From Octopus bimaculoides (taxonomy: Eukaryota), in contig NC_068990.1 of assembly GCF_001194135.2 (NCBI RefSeq), forward strand, positions 59,996,199 through 60,050,955: a DNA stretch of 54,757 bases, written 5' to 3'. Made by a program: the position numbers and the translations under genes. Under the pieces are notes generated by a model. It had not been told where the DNA came from, made no database searches, and was given only the letters and a program-made list of their open reading frames with translations. Shown piece after piece: positions 23,981 through 36,029 of the stretch (position 1 is the stretch's first letter; every line of letters starts with the position of its first letter).

Positions 23981-24899
23981 NNNNNNNNNNNNNNNNNNNN
24001 NNNNNNNNNNNNNNNNNNNNNNNNNNNNNNNNNNNNNNNNNNNNNNNNNNNNNNNNNNNNNNNNNNNNNNNNNNNNNNNNNNNNNNNNNNNNNNNNNNNN
24101 NNNNNNNNNNNNNNNNNNNNNNNNNNNNNNNNNNNNNNNNNNNNNNNNAAAGTTCAAAATAAATACACTCTAAAACAGGAATGGAGGTCACCTGGTTAAA
24201 ATCAATGACAGAATTATTGCATGCTGATTGGCTTGAAACAACCTCACAATCAACTGATCCCTCCAAATACTGCAGCAGTTTAACGTAATATCAGTTTGTT
24301 TGCTACACACATGTGCACGTACACACACACACATGCACACACACACACACACAACACACATACACGTGCGCACACACACACACACACATCTAGTGAAGAA
24401 GATTGTAATATTCTTACTTGAGGCTTGATGCACAGCAAAATTTGTTCAGAGAGGACAAGAACAGAAACGTTTTCAGATAAAAGTGATGGTAAGTAACTTG
24501 CTCTCAATTTATCTCTCAGTATCCTCATAAAAAAATATGGTGCCTAAAATAAATGGAAGTTTACCATGCCTATCATAACATGATACACACTGAAAATTCC
24601 AACAAATATTGGGCAAGCTTTTCAACCCCACTGGCCTTCCATCATTTTCTTCTTGTAACTTCATGAAGTACTAATGTTGCATATGTGAAGGAATGAAATT
24701 TGCTTAGTGGGTGGAAACCAAGTTTCTCAGGATGATGTTCAAATTTTTTTCACTGCCTCTCCATAAATAAAATTTTAGCGGGTGCATTTGTATCCCCTGC
24801 ACTCCCCGTTACCAAGACTATGGATGATGAATACTTGACCGAACCATGAACAGGTAGAATGGAAAAATTTTCTCATAGCCTTTACATTTATTTATGCAG

Positions 24900-25560
24900 T
24901 CAAAAATTTATTTGGTTGAATCAGTGAGCATGGTAGTGAATGTAGACACCAGATAGGAAAATGGCATGCAACTTTGCTTGGACCCCAGCAATTTTTCTAT
25001 TAATGAGAGAGGCGCTGTCATAAGCTTTGTGAGGGACACTATATATTGTCAACACTAAACAGAATTCATCACCAACAACGTGCCTAGCAAGAGTGATACA
25101 GAATCAAGTTCAGAAATTGTTCAATATATAAATTATTCACAGATAACATTATGAGGCAGAAGACCTGATTTAGACACTTCTTGAGTTATTTCTTGTTTTG
25201 ATTACTGATTCCATGATAGAAAGATACTTGTCCTGAATATCATGAATTTGCATTTTGGAGCCCTTCCATTATCTACTTCCTGACGCTAGGTCTATGTGTC
25301 GATATTAGGTCCCTTATTTCTCACATATTGTCATGCCCTGTACCAAAAGGTTTATGTTCTCTGAAAAAAATCTGTTGCAGGGCTGTGAATTATTAAACAG
25401 AGACCAAAGCAGTTAAGTAGTACTGATTTCTACGAGCTTGCTTTGCATGAGATTTGTTGACCCTAGATAGCAATGATATATTCCTTTTCCAAGGTCTATG
25501 GCAGTCCCTGCATACAGAAGTAGCTGTGATGTGAAACTGGGATCTCTTGTGGATAGCCAG
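24900..25560 (-). mobile_element. Possible highly decayed CR1/L2-type RT remnant
   Basis: Minus-strand peptides SIMESVIKTR, SGLLPHN, EQFLNL, GDEFCLV, SVPHK occur in the order expected for CR1-like RT. Confidence 0.35.
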
Positions 25561-25834
25561 AGCACCCTTTCGCATAATAGCAAGCTTCAGATAAAGAAAG
25601 TCTGTACTAGTGAATATATGCCCATGTGCATTTTGTTTTTCTTTTTTCTTCTTTTTTATCCAGAATATGTCAACATCAAAAACAACACATTACATTTTCT
25701 GATATGCTATTCTTTACCCCATTGATGTAATTTATAAAATCTGGATTGAAATGCTGTTAAGTTGAATCATAATGTTTGAAACTTCTCTGAGCTGTAGTTG
25801 AGAGAGTTCATTACTTTGGTTGTTACTATTGTCC

Positions 25835-26160
25835 ATAAGTGAAGGTGCACGGCTAAGTGGTTTGAGTATCCAGCTCAAGATTCTAAGGTCATGAGTTCGA
25901 TACCCTGAGGTGTGTGTGTTGAGCAAGATATTTTATTTCACATTGTTCCAGTTCAGTCAACTGGCAAAAATGAGTTGTAACTGTAATTCAAAAGGCCAGT
26001 CTTGTCACATTCTGTGTCACACTGAATCTCATGAAAACTACATAATGGTTATGAGTCTGTGGAGTGCTCAGGTACTTACAAGTTAATTTCACAAGCAGGC
26101 TGTTCTATTGATTGGATCAACTGGAACACTCACTGCCATAATCAACAGAATGCTAGTTAA
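25835..26160 (+). mobile_element. SINE family C, full length
   Basis: Head tgcacggctaagtggtttgag...gagttcgataccc (A/B-box-like), tail ...gatcaactggaacactc. Confidence 0.8.
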
Positions 26161-26928
26161 TGTCCATAGGGTGAAGATTTTGGATTTTCTGAACTTTAGT
26201 TGTCTTAAAAAATTCCTCACTGAAGGGCATCTTTTCAAAAGAAAGGCTTTCCAGTGTCTGATCACTGTGCAGCTTGGTTACTTGTCCTTTGATAGCTATC
26301 ATTATGCAGCTTGGATACATATCCATTGCTAGATATCATAGTGAAACCACCTTTGTTACTAACTGAACCAAAGTATGTTGAATAACAATCCACTAAGTCT
26401 ATGGCCTTATCAAAATATTCAAACTCTGCAGAAACTGACCACTTTGAGGATCTTTAACTCTGAAAAATATTCAATATTTTCTGTAGCTGCCGTAAGCTTT
26501 TTGCCAATAAATTGTCATATGTCCATTAACATATTGTTTATAAATAGCTTTGTTCCAAAAAATTACAAAAGGCCTGCTAACACAGTGGTTTGGCACTTTA
26601 AGAAACCTAACAGTGCTTTATCAATACAGAAAAAAACCCCCAAAAAGAAACAGTGAAGTAGAAACCTCAAAACAAAAGAAAGCAAAAAAACAAAAAGCAA
26701 CAACCCAAAACAAGCACTACTGTTATATTGCATTATTAAATAATCAAATATTATTTTTACAATGAGAAATGTTTTGTTTTTCCATTTCGAAAATGGCTTA
26801 AATTTGATATAGCCTAGAAAGCAGGTAACTAGCAGAAGAATATTAACAAGAACAAAAGAGTCAAGTTTTGGGTAACCTCTGCATATTCAACATACTATCT
26901 AAACTAACAAAACAAAATACAAACACAA

Positions 26929-26963
<35 letters not shown>

Positions 26964-27024
26964 TAATAATGATGATGACGATAATAATAATAATAATAAT
27001 GATAATAATAATAATAATAATAAT

Positions 27025-27245
27025 AAAAAAATATTCAGACAAATACATAACATAAACACCAGGACTTACAAATATATATAACATACAGAAAATTGCACTA
27101 CTGGGCACTGCACACATCCAACGCAAAACACTTTCAATACAGTAACCACAAGAGCAACACAGCAAACCACAGCACATACCCAAGGCACACAGAGCTGCGC
27201 TCGGTAGTGAAGTGAAAGCACGCTATAAAAATAAAACTACTGAAT
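27025..27245 (+). mobile_element. 3' end of an R4/Dong-like REL LINE within (AAT)n
   Basis: YNIQKIALLGTAHIQRKTLSIQ* matches the C-terminal LQKAALLGTARILRK motif of REL LINEs; ~100 bp 3' UTR; (AAT)n on both sides. Confidence 0.85.
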
Positions 27246-27639
27246 AAGAATAATAAGAATAATAATAATGATAATGATAACCAGTACTAAATAACAGAAA
27301 GACAAAGAGATGTACAGGTATATTTTTGATGGGATAGGTGGGCTGTAGTGATGGTGGGGCTAAGAAAAAGCTTTAGCATTTTGCTTGGAAAATTTTCTAA
27401 TTAGTCAGAAAAACTAAAGACTATACAACTGGTTGATTAAGCTAATTAATAGCATAATCAAGCTAAAACTATAATGTTTCTTCAGCAGTAAAAATATTAC
27501 AAGAAGTTTTGATTACAAACTCATTGTATTCGATGACATTTTTGATACTTACATATCTTTGTCTCTTCGGGGGAAGAAATTTGAATGGAAACTCAGAACT
27601 GAAGAGATCTCTTATTCTTCCTAAAGTTGAATATGTTAA

Positions 27640-28045
27640 GAAGTTTGCTTTCCAACCACATGGTTCTGGATTCAGTCCCACTGTGTGGCACCTCAGACAA
27701 GTGTCTTCCCCTATAGCCTTGGGCCAACCAGAGCCTTTTGAGTGGATTTGGTAGACAGAAACTGAAAGAAGCCTGACATGTATATATGTGTGTGTGTGTA
27801 TGTGTGTATGCATGTGTATATGTGTGTGTGCGTGTGTTTGTCCCTCATCACTACTTCACATCCATTGTTGGTGTGTTTACATTGCTGTAACTTAGCAGTT
27901 CAACAAAAGAGACCAACAGAATAAGTACTTGGGTTAAGTAGAAATTAAGTACTGGAATCAATTCATTTAGCTAAAAATTCTTCAAAACAGTGCCCCAGCA
28001 TGGCCACAGTCTAATGAATGAAACATGTAAAAGGTAAAAGATAAT
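27640..28045 (+). mobile_element. SINE family B
   Basis: Head, (TG)n and tail match 41774-42187. Confidence 0.85.
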
Positions 28046-28165
28046 CTTGATAACATTTTCATGTAAAACTTTATTAACATACACCCAGTCAATCAAAGCG
28101 AAATAATTCTGATCATCTTGTCCTATAGTGTTTGCACATCAAATGATAATCGAGACCAACTCCAC

Positions 28166-28346
28166 CTGAGAAGGGGAGATTATTGCAAGAATCAAAAGTT
28201 CTCCAAAGCTGACATGTTGTTGAGGAAAAGAACAGGCTTATTGTCTGGAAATAAGAGAGCAATCATGTACAGGTGTTTCTGTTTGAATAGGCATTATCAG
28301 CACAACAATTGTCTTACCTTATCTCCTTCAGCCAAGAAGCTTAGAT
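28166..28346 (-). CDS. Candidate pair of small exons (28318-28346 and 28166-28244) separated by a 73-nt intron
   Basis: Acceptor ttttccattttttgtatag, donor AAG|gtaaga, acceptor ctctcttatttccag; spliced frame open (LSFLAEGDK TISLFFSSTTCQLWRTFDSCNNLPFS). Second donor is weak; no homology recognised. Confidence 0.25.
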
Positions 28347-28534
28347 CTATACAAAAAATGGAAAAGAGTGTATACACATACACACATACATACTGCATAC
28401 ATGCACGTATGCAATCACACAATGCAAACACACATATAAATGATTGTGGAGGAAAATGCAACACAATATATTGAGACATAAAAAATTTGCTTCATGAAAA
28501 CATATACAAATAAATAAATAAATACATGATAGAT

Positions 28535-28985
28535 ACAGGAGTAGTTGTGTGGTAAGGAGCTTGCTTCCCCAGCCACATACTTCTGAGTTCATCCCCACTG
28601 CATGGCACCTTGGGCAAGTATCTTCTACTATAGCCTTGGGCCGATCAAAGCCTTGTGAGTGGATTTGGTCGATGAAAACTGAAAGACATCCATCATGTAT
28701 ATCCTCCTCCTCCTCCTCCTCCTCATCATCATCATCATCATCATCACCACACACACACACACACACACACATGTGCATGTATATGTATTTTTGTGTGTAT
28801 GTGTGTCTCCCACCACCACTTGGCAACTGATGTTGGTGCATTTATGTCCCTGTAACTTAGTGGTTTGGCTAAAGAGACCAATAAAATAAGTAGCAGGTTT
28901 TTAAAAAATAAATACTGGGGTCGTTTCATTCAAGCATGACTGCTTTCTAATGGCTGAAACAAGTAAAAAGTAAAAGGTAAAAGAT
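28535..28985 (+). mobile_element. SINE family B with internal (CCT)n(CAT)n(CA)n
   Basis: Full head and tail. Confidence 0.85.
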
Positions 28986-29394
28986 AAAAAATAAAATAAA
29001 TGAAAATAAATGTAAATAAAACAAATATGAGCAATCTTCCATACAGGATAGTAAAGCAATCTTCTTAGTAGGATCAGGCACCTTTTAATGTTAACCACTT
29101 TCTGCTCTGACCTCTTCTGTTAATCGGGCTCTTCAAAACTGCCAGAGAACACCTTTGATTTAGTTGAGTTGTAATAGGCCTCATGTCCAGCATAATCTCA
29201 TATAGCTGTTGTTAGAGTGCAAATGTGATTATTATTAAAAGTTTCTTATTTAGAAGATTCTGTTACATGCCTCTACTTTCTTCTGAATCAGATTAATTTC
29301 CTATTTGAGTTGGCTTTAGATAAAATTGTCCTTTAGATGTGTTTTATACTTTCAACACCCCTTGGGGGATCTACAGTTGTTTGCCTTTTTTTAA

Positions 29395-29800
29395 AAATCT
29401 TTTAATTATTTCAGTCATTAGACAGTGGCCATGGTGGGACACCGCCTTGAGGAATTTTAGTCGAATGAATCAACCCCAGTACTTTTTTCTTAAAGCCTGT
29501 TACTTATTCTATCAGATTTTTTTGCTGAGTTGCTAAGTTACAGGGATGTAAACATACCAACACTGATTTTCAAGCAGTGGTGGGTACAGACTCAGACATA
29601 AACCACACACAAACACATATACACGCGTGCACACACACACGCAATAGGATTCTTTGAATTTTCACCCACCTAATCCACTCACAAGGCTTTGGTTGGCCCG
29701 AGGCTTTAGTAGAAGACACTTGCCCAGGGTGCTATGCAGTAAGATTGAACCCAGAACCATGAGGCTGAGAAGCAAATTTCTTACCACACAGCCATTCTGC
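29395..29800 (-). mobile_element. SINE family B
   Basis: Full tail and head on the minus strand. Confidence 0.85.
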
Positions 29801-30989
29801 CTGCATATTTTTTCAACATCTCTATCTTTTTTTTTTTTCTTTAGTAGTTTTCTCCACCATTCCCCAATTTCATTTCCCAGTACATGAAAGGCATGAAGTA
29901 GGACTACTGATCATGGCAACTGGCTGAGAGAGAAGGCTTTACTCTACCTAGTGTAAGGGATGAGATAACTACTTTCATTCTGACTATCCCTAGAGTTGTG
30001 AGCTGATTTTTAAAAAACAGAGGTTTCTCTCTCCCTTACTCATTTTCTGATTTTGATGTATTCCTTGGGCAAAGATGCACTGCCCTCTGTAACGTATCTC
30101 TCCCATGATTTTTTTCTAGAAGCCTACCTACATCATGCAACACCCTCTAATTAACAATATCAGCTAAACTGCTGTTATAACTCTCACAAATAACATTACA
30201 AGAAATATTGTTATTCTTCATTTGTTTCTGTATATGTATCTGTTTATATTATTATATTCATTTTTTTGTTTCTCCTTGTTGTTTCTTTTTCAAACTCTGT
30301 GTTATATTTTTTACTTGGGGGAAAAACTGGAGCTACGAAGTTTGTTGTTAACATTTCTTCTTATTTTACTAGAAGAAGCCATGTTAAAAATTGGAAATAA
30401 ATGGCAATTATAAAATATAGTAAAAAATATCTAAAAGACAGACGCTTTCTTTACCTCAGGTAATGGGGTAAAGTAAAGGTTCAAACATTCTAAAGTTCCT
30501 TGTTTACAAAATGAAATTAATAAAAAAAAAACTCCTTTCTTTCATCAAATAACTTGTGGGAAAATCCTGTTTTTCATTGAACTGAACTGAAGATGTCTGA
30601 ATACTTCAACAGACAACAAAAACAATAATAATTTTTTATTTGCCACCAGAGTCCATTCATTCAATACAAACTGTCACAGAAAGGGTTACAATACATATAG
30701 AAATGTATACACAAACATAAATGGTGGTAGCAGTAGTGGTGGTGGGAAAATATTAAACAATGTGTTGAGGCACTAAAATTTGATACATTAAAACAAATAT
30801 GGGCTGTACAAAATATATATATATATATACACACAAATATATATATATATATACACACAAATAACTGAAAACTACAAATAAAACAAATAAGGATAACCTC
30901 TTTCACAAGAGTGAAAAGTTGCCAGCTTGGTAGCTCCTTATAGGATAAGAATAAAACTCTTTTCTGAATTATATTGACTCAAAGGGCCA

Positions 30990-31200
30990 GATTCAGTTTC
31001 TTTGGTACATATATACCCACTACTGGATGGGACGCTGGTCCGTCGCAGGGTTACTCATTCTTGTCAGCTGAGTGGATTGGGGCAATGTGAAATGAAGTGT
31101 TTTGCTCAAGAACACAATACATTGCCCTGTCCAGGAACTGGAATCACAATCTTACAGTCATGAGTTCAACATCCTAACCCCTAAGCCATGGGCCTCCACT
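30990..31200 (-). mobile_element. SINE family C
   Basis: Homologous to 9740-10020. Confidence 0.8.
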
Positions 31201-31332
31201 CACCAGCTTGGCTGGATCACAATAGCCTATGACTGCTCTTATGAGGTGGACTCTTCAAACACTCCTCATGAGCACCTTTGATACTAGCCAAGGCATGAAG
31301 AACTCACAGTCACTGGAGGGCCTTCACATTCA

Positions 31333-32599
31333 GGCCTTGTGTCTAGAGTAGAAAAGAACATTAAATTGGTTCACATATTTCTCACACCTTTACCATTGGC
31401 ATTGCAATCAATGTAAAAGCAGACTTTGTATTCTATTAGTATTTGGCTAGGTTTATGATTGCAGATATTTCTTGGGATACTTTTGGCATCAATGAGAAAA
31501 TGTTGAACTCATTTTTTTTATCTTGAGGACTTCACACCACCAGAAGGATGGTCATAACATTTCTGTAGTGGGGTATGGGTCTTCTTGAGTATATCCCTTA
31601 GCCGTTGGTAAGACCATCTCTAAAAGTCTAGCATTAAGAATTTCTTGGTACTCATCTTTACCACTCAGTATTATATCTGGTTCATTACTTATTTAGACCA
31701 CCTTTAGGCCAAGTAGCATAGAATTGTCCTTTCTGATCACTGTATATTTCCAATACTCCAGTTTCTTGCTTCCTTCTGTTCAGGTGCATTCTTTCTAATC
31801 CTGACATTTTTTTAATGATTTCCTAGTCAAAGAAAAGGCAACATGACAATGGCTGTTTGATGTAATTCCAAAAAATAAGCAATATTTAAGCATTGAACAA
31901 ATGTATACAGAATGGTACCAAAAACTCTGAATGCATCTTGGACAGGTTCAGCTGATGACACTTCCAAGCTTGTTGAGGTTATCTGAAACTGTCACTGCCA
32001 GGAATTTCTTTTAAGTTAATTTATACATAATCATTGGAGTAAGCTGTTCAGTTGATCACCATTGATGTTCAGAGTCTTCCTGGAGATGTAGTTGTTTTTG
32101 CCCATTGCTAAATTTTTATAGAATGCAAGGGTTGACACACTACTACCTGTGCTTCTTATCTAGTAGAGAACTGTGTGTGTCAGACAACATCTCAGATTCC
32201 ACGAATCTAAATTTTAAGCAAAGACAAATTTTGGGGACTATACATATTTTTTTATCAAAGTACAAAGTTCAAAACATCTTGTACAGGTTTATCTAACAGG
32301 ATGGTCATTCTTGTAAAGCTTGTCACAATCCTGTAATACACTCCAATCTACAAGAAAATTTCCAAACTATTGGATATTATCCATAGAGCCTGCTCTGAAA
32401 GTTCTCAAGATAAAAAAAATTAGTTCAACATTTTCTCATTGATGCCAGAAGTATCCCAAGAAATATCTGCAATCATAAACCTAGCCAAATACTAATACAA
32501 TACAAAGTCTGCTGTTACATTGATTGCATTGCCCAATGGTAAAGGTCTGAGAAGTATGTGAACCAATTTAATGTTCTTTTCTACTCTAGGCACAAGGCC
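31333..32599. repeat. ~195-bp inverted duplication (31333-31527 vs 32404-32599)
   Basis: Direct alignment by eye, about 95% identity. Confidence 0.9.
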
Positions 32600-32788
32600 C
32601 AAAATTTTAGGGGAGGGGGCCAGTCAATTAGATCGACCCTAGTACACAACTAGTACTTAATTTATTGACCCTCAAAGGATGAAAGGCATTGTCAACCCTG
32701 GTGGAATTTGAACTCAGAATGTAAAGACAGACGAAATAACACTAAGCATTTCAATTGGTGTGCTAACATTTCTGCCAGCTTGCCACCT
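32576..32788 (-). mobile_element. SINE family A with 17-bp TSD
   Basis: tgaaccaatttaatgtt at 32559-32575 and 32789-32805. Confidence 0.9.
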
Positions 32789-32879
32789 TGAACCAATTTA
32801 ATGTTGAGCCCAATGTTGTTGTCCTTCTTCCCATGATTGATTAGACCTATGATCAAAAGTGTTTTTGTTATGACCATTC

Positions 32880-33055
32880 CATCTTTATTTACATTATTTA
32901 CATTATTTACATTTGACGGATATTTGTCCTCATCTTGTTTGTTTTTAACACAATGTTTTGGCTGATATACCCTCCAGCCTTCTTCAGGTGTCTTGGGTAA
33001 ATTTCGAACCTGGGTTCTCTTTCCTAAGGTATTTTTTGATGTTATTATTATTAAA
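32880..33055 (-). ncRNA. ~170-bp element carrying a decayed minimal type I hammerhead (solo pLTR or retrozyme-like)
   Basis: Minus strand gacac-CTGAAGA-a-ggctg-gagggtatat-cagcc-aaaa-catt-gtgtt: stem I gacac/gtgtt and stem II ggctg/cagcc intact; GAAACGTT reads AAAACATT. Confidence 0.7.
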
Positions 33056-33089
33056 CATAGAACTGTACCATTTCGTCTTTTCCCAGACA

Positions 33090-33910
33090 TCATCAGCAGC
33101 ATCACCATTTAATGTCCATTGTCCATGCTGGCATAGGTTGGATGGCAAGCTGGTCGTGACTGCACCAGACACCAGTCAGATTTGGCATAGTTTCTACAGC
33201 TGGATGCCCTTCCTAATGCCAACCCCTTTACAGAGTATACTGGGTGCTTTCACGTGACACCACACAGGCACTTTTACGTGACACTGAATGGGCACTTTTA
33301 CATGGCATCACATGGGTACTTTTACATGGCACCACACGGGCACTTTTACATGGCACCATACAGGCACTTTGATGTGACACTGCCTGGGCACTTTTACATG
33401 GCACCACAGAGGCGCTTTACATGGCACCATACAGGCACTTTGATGTGACACTGCCTGGGCACTTTTACATGGCACCACAGAGGCGCTTTACATGGCACCA
33501 CACAGGCACTTTTGCATGGTATCACACAGGTGCTTCCATGTGACACCACACAGGCACTTTTACGTGACACTGCATAGGTACTTTTACATGGCACCTTCTG
33601 GCACTTTTACATGGCACCACACTACACAAACATTTTTATGCGACGCTTCATGGGCGCTTTTATGTGACATCACATGTGTGCTTTTATGTGGCATCGCCAT
33701 GAGTGCTTTACACCACCAGAAGGATGGTCTTAACATTTCTGCAGTGAGGTATGGGTCTTCTTGAGTACATCCAGGTACCAGGTATCTTGGTCCTTTCTCA
33801 TCTCACCTGAAAGGTTCAACTTCCTGAGGTCATTCTTAAGTACTTCATTTCATGGCTTCCTGGGTCTCCCACTTCTACGTGTTTCATCCACTTTCAGAGA
33901 TTGACACTTC
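33090..33910 (-). mobile_element. RTE 3' end whose UTR has expanded into a ~24-bp minisatellite (33255-33700)
   Basis: Tail motif at 33100-33250, unit caggcacttttacatggcaccaca repeated ~18-19 times, RTE C-terminal sequence at 33780-33900. Confidence 0.8.
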
Positions 33911-34297
33911 TTTATGGAGCTGTCAACAGTGTAAACATTAGTACTTCATCCAATACGTTTTTCCAATTATTTTAAAGATGATTGGGTGTGATTTGAAGGA
34001 GACTTAGTTGCCATTTCCAATCAGTTAAGTGATCATATAGAGGGTTCTTTACTTACTCCTATGTTTATGCTTGGTGTAAGGTAGATGAAGTGACCATGAT
34101 CATTTTAATGTCTACTTTTCCATGTTTGCATGGGTTGGACAAAGTTTATCGGGGCAGATTTTTGATGACAAGATGCTCTTCCTACCACCAAAATTTACCT
34201 GTTTCCAAACAATGTAATATTTCCCCTTAGCTAGACATGTTCACACAGAAATGAATGACACTGCTTTTGTCACTATCATGCAATGTCATGACAAGAA

Positions 34298-34361
<64 letters not shown>

Positions 34362-34515
34362 GTATATATGGATATATATAAAGTCACAATGAGGATATTT
34401 AAACCTCTTATAGGGATATTTTTTATACAAGATACACTGGTTTAATATATTATACATTGGAGAGATATTTCTTCAATGAATATATCAAATAAGATATCAT
34501 AAAATATCAAATATT

Positions 34516-34991
34516 ATTATTGAGTTAGAAAACAGAGAGATCTAAAGGATACAAATTAATTAATTAATTAACATATTCACCTACAATTATTTCATTTCAC
34601 AAACAAAATTAAAATGACAGAACATATATAAATATATAATTTTGCATTTAAGATACCTTGTATGGAAGATCATCAGGATGTACAAAGGACAATACAAGGA
34701 TTACATTATGATTATGTGTGTATGTATGCACACACACATATACATATACACATAATAAACATGACTATATATTCTGAGTATTCCAAATAGATCATACTGT
34801 AATATTTGTATTGTCCTTTGTACACCCTGATGATTTTCCATACAAGCTATCTAAAATGCAAAATTATATATTTATATATGTTTTGTCATTTTAATTTTGT
34901 TTGTGAAATAAAACAATTATAGGTGAATATGTTAATTAATAAATAAATTTATTTGTATCCATTAAATCTCTCTGTTTTCTAATTCAATAAT
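34516..34991. mobile_element. AT-rich fold-back element or MITE with ~190-bp arms
   Basis: 34516-34704 is the reverse complement of 34799-34991 at roughly 90% identity; ~94-bp spacer; TA-rich flanks. Confidence 0.8.
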
Positions 34992-36029
34992 ATATATATA
35001 TATATATATATACAAAAGGCTTCTTTCAGTTTCCACCTACCACATCCACATTGTAAAGAAAGACACTCGTCCAAGGTGGAATGCAGTGGCAGGTGAACTC
35101 AGAATCATGTGGTTCAGAAGCAAACTTCTTACCACACAACCATGCCTAAATATATAGCATTTTCACACAAAATAAACATTAAAGAATTTCCAAAAGGAAA
35201 AACATACCCTCCCCTCATCACCCCAAAAACACGTCTTTGTCCCCACCTATTATTTGGTTAATATTTGAAGGAAGTGTAATAGTTTTCCTACAATAATCCA
35301 TAGAGAAATATTAACTGTGAATTTTGACAACGTAGCCATATTCAGAATAAAGTTGTTGGAATAAGGTTAAGGTTAGTGTGTTAGCATGTGAGCGGGTGAA
35401 CATTTGTAAGTGGATCTGCTAATGGGATCATGTCTGCAATTACTTTAGTAGCTTGAGAAAGAATTGTGTAAATAAGAAGGCGATTGAAGTTAAGAGGTGG
35501 CTGCTATTGTGTTGGTAATTAGTGAAGGGTGGCTGGTGGTAGCTAAGCTATATTTCATGGGTGTTTCTATTTATTTATATATACTTGCTTGCTAATGTTT
35601 TTAACACAATTATTTCTTTAGTATATTGCAATTGATCTTTTAATTAATATACGTATGTGTCTGTGTGTATGTATGCATGTAAGCCTGTATGTATATTAGT
35701 GTGTGTGTGTGTGTGCGTGTGTGTGTATAAGCATGTATGTATATTAGTATGTGTGTGTGTGTGTGTGTGTAAATATGTATATGTATGTTTAGGGAAAAAG
35801 AGAGAGAGAGAGAGAGGAGGAGGAGAGAGAGAAAGAAAGAGAGAGAGAGAGGGGGAGAGAGAGAAAGAAAGAGAGAGACATAGAGACAGACAGACAAAGA
35901 GATAATCTTAGCTAATTGAAATTGGTTATCCTAGCAATAAGAAGACAAAAACTTCCTTTGAGGTGTTTAAGATATAATAACAGTAGGCAGGGGAAGTAAC
36001 TTCAGCAATATCAGTTAATAATGCTGATC

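Noticed and set aside
28118-28474. 118-aa plus-strand ORF as a stand-alone gene
   Set aside because: Non-ATG start, C-terminal part is (CA)n-derived, no recognisable domain.
29100-29220. Minus-strand peptide I*DYAGHEAYYNS resembling a Roc/Ras G3 motif (WDFAGQ)
   Set aside because: Nine-residue resemblance bounded by stops, with no P-loop or other GTPase motif nearby.
31600-32330. Possible decayed Tc1 between the 195-bp inverted arms, which would make them long TIRs
   Set aside because: Only faint peptide hints, no DDE motif or TA-CAG ends, and the arms include a SINE tail, which argues against TIRs.
33255-33700. Regularly spaced ~24-bp repeats resembling a CRISPR array
   Set aside because: Contiguous tandem units without unique spacers, inside an RTE UTR of a eukaryotic genome; no cas genes.
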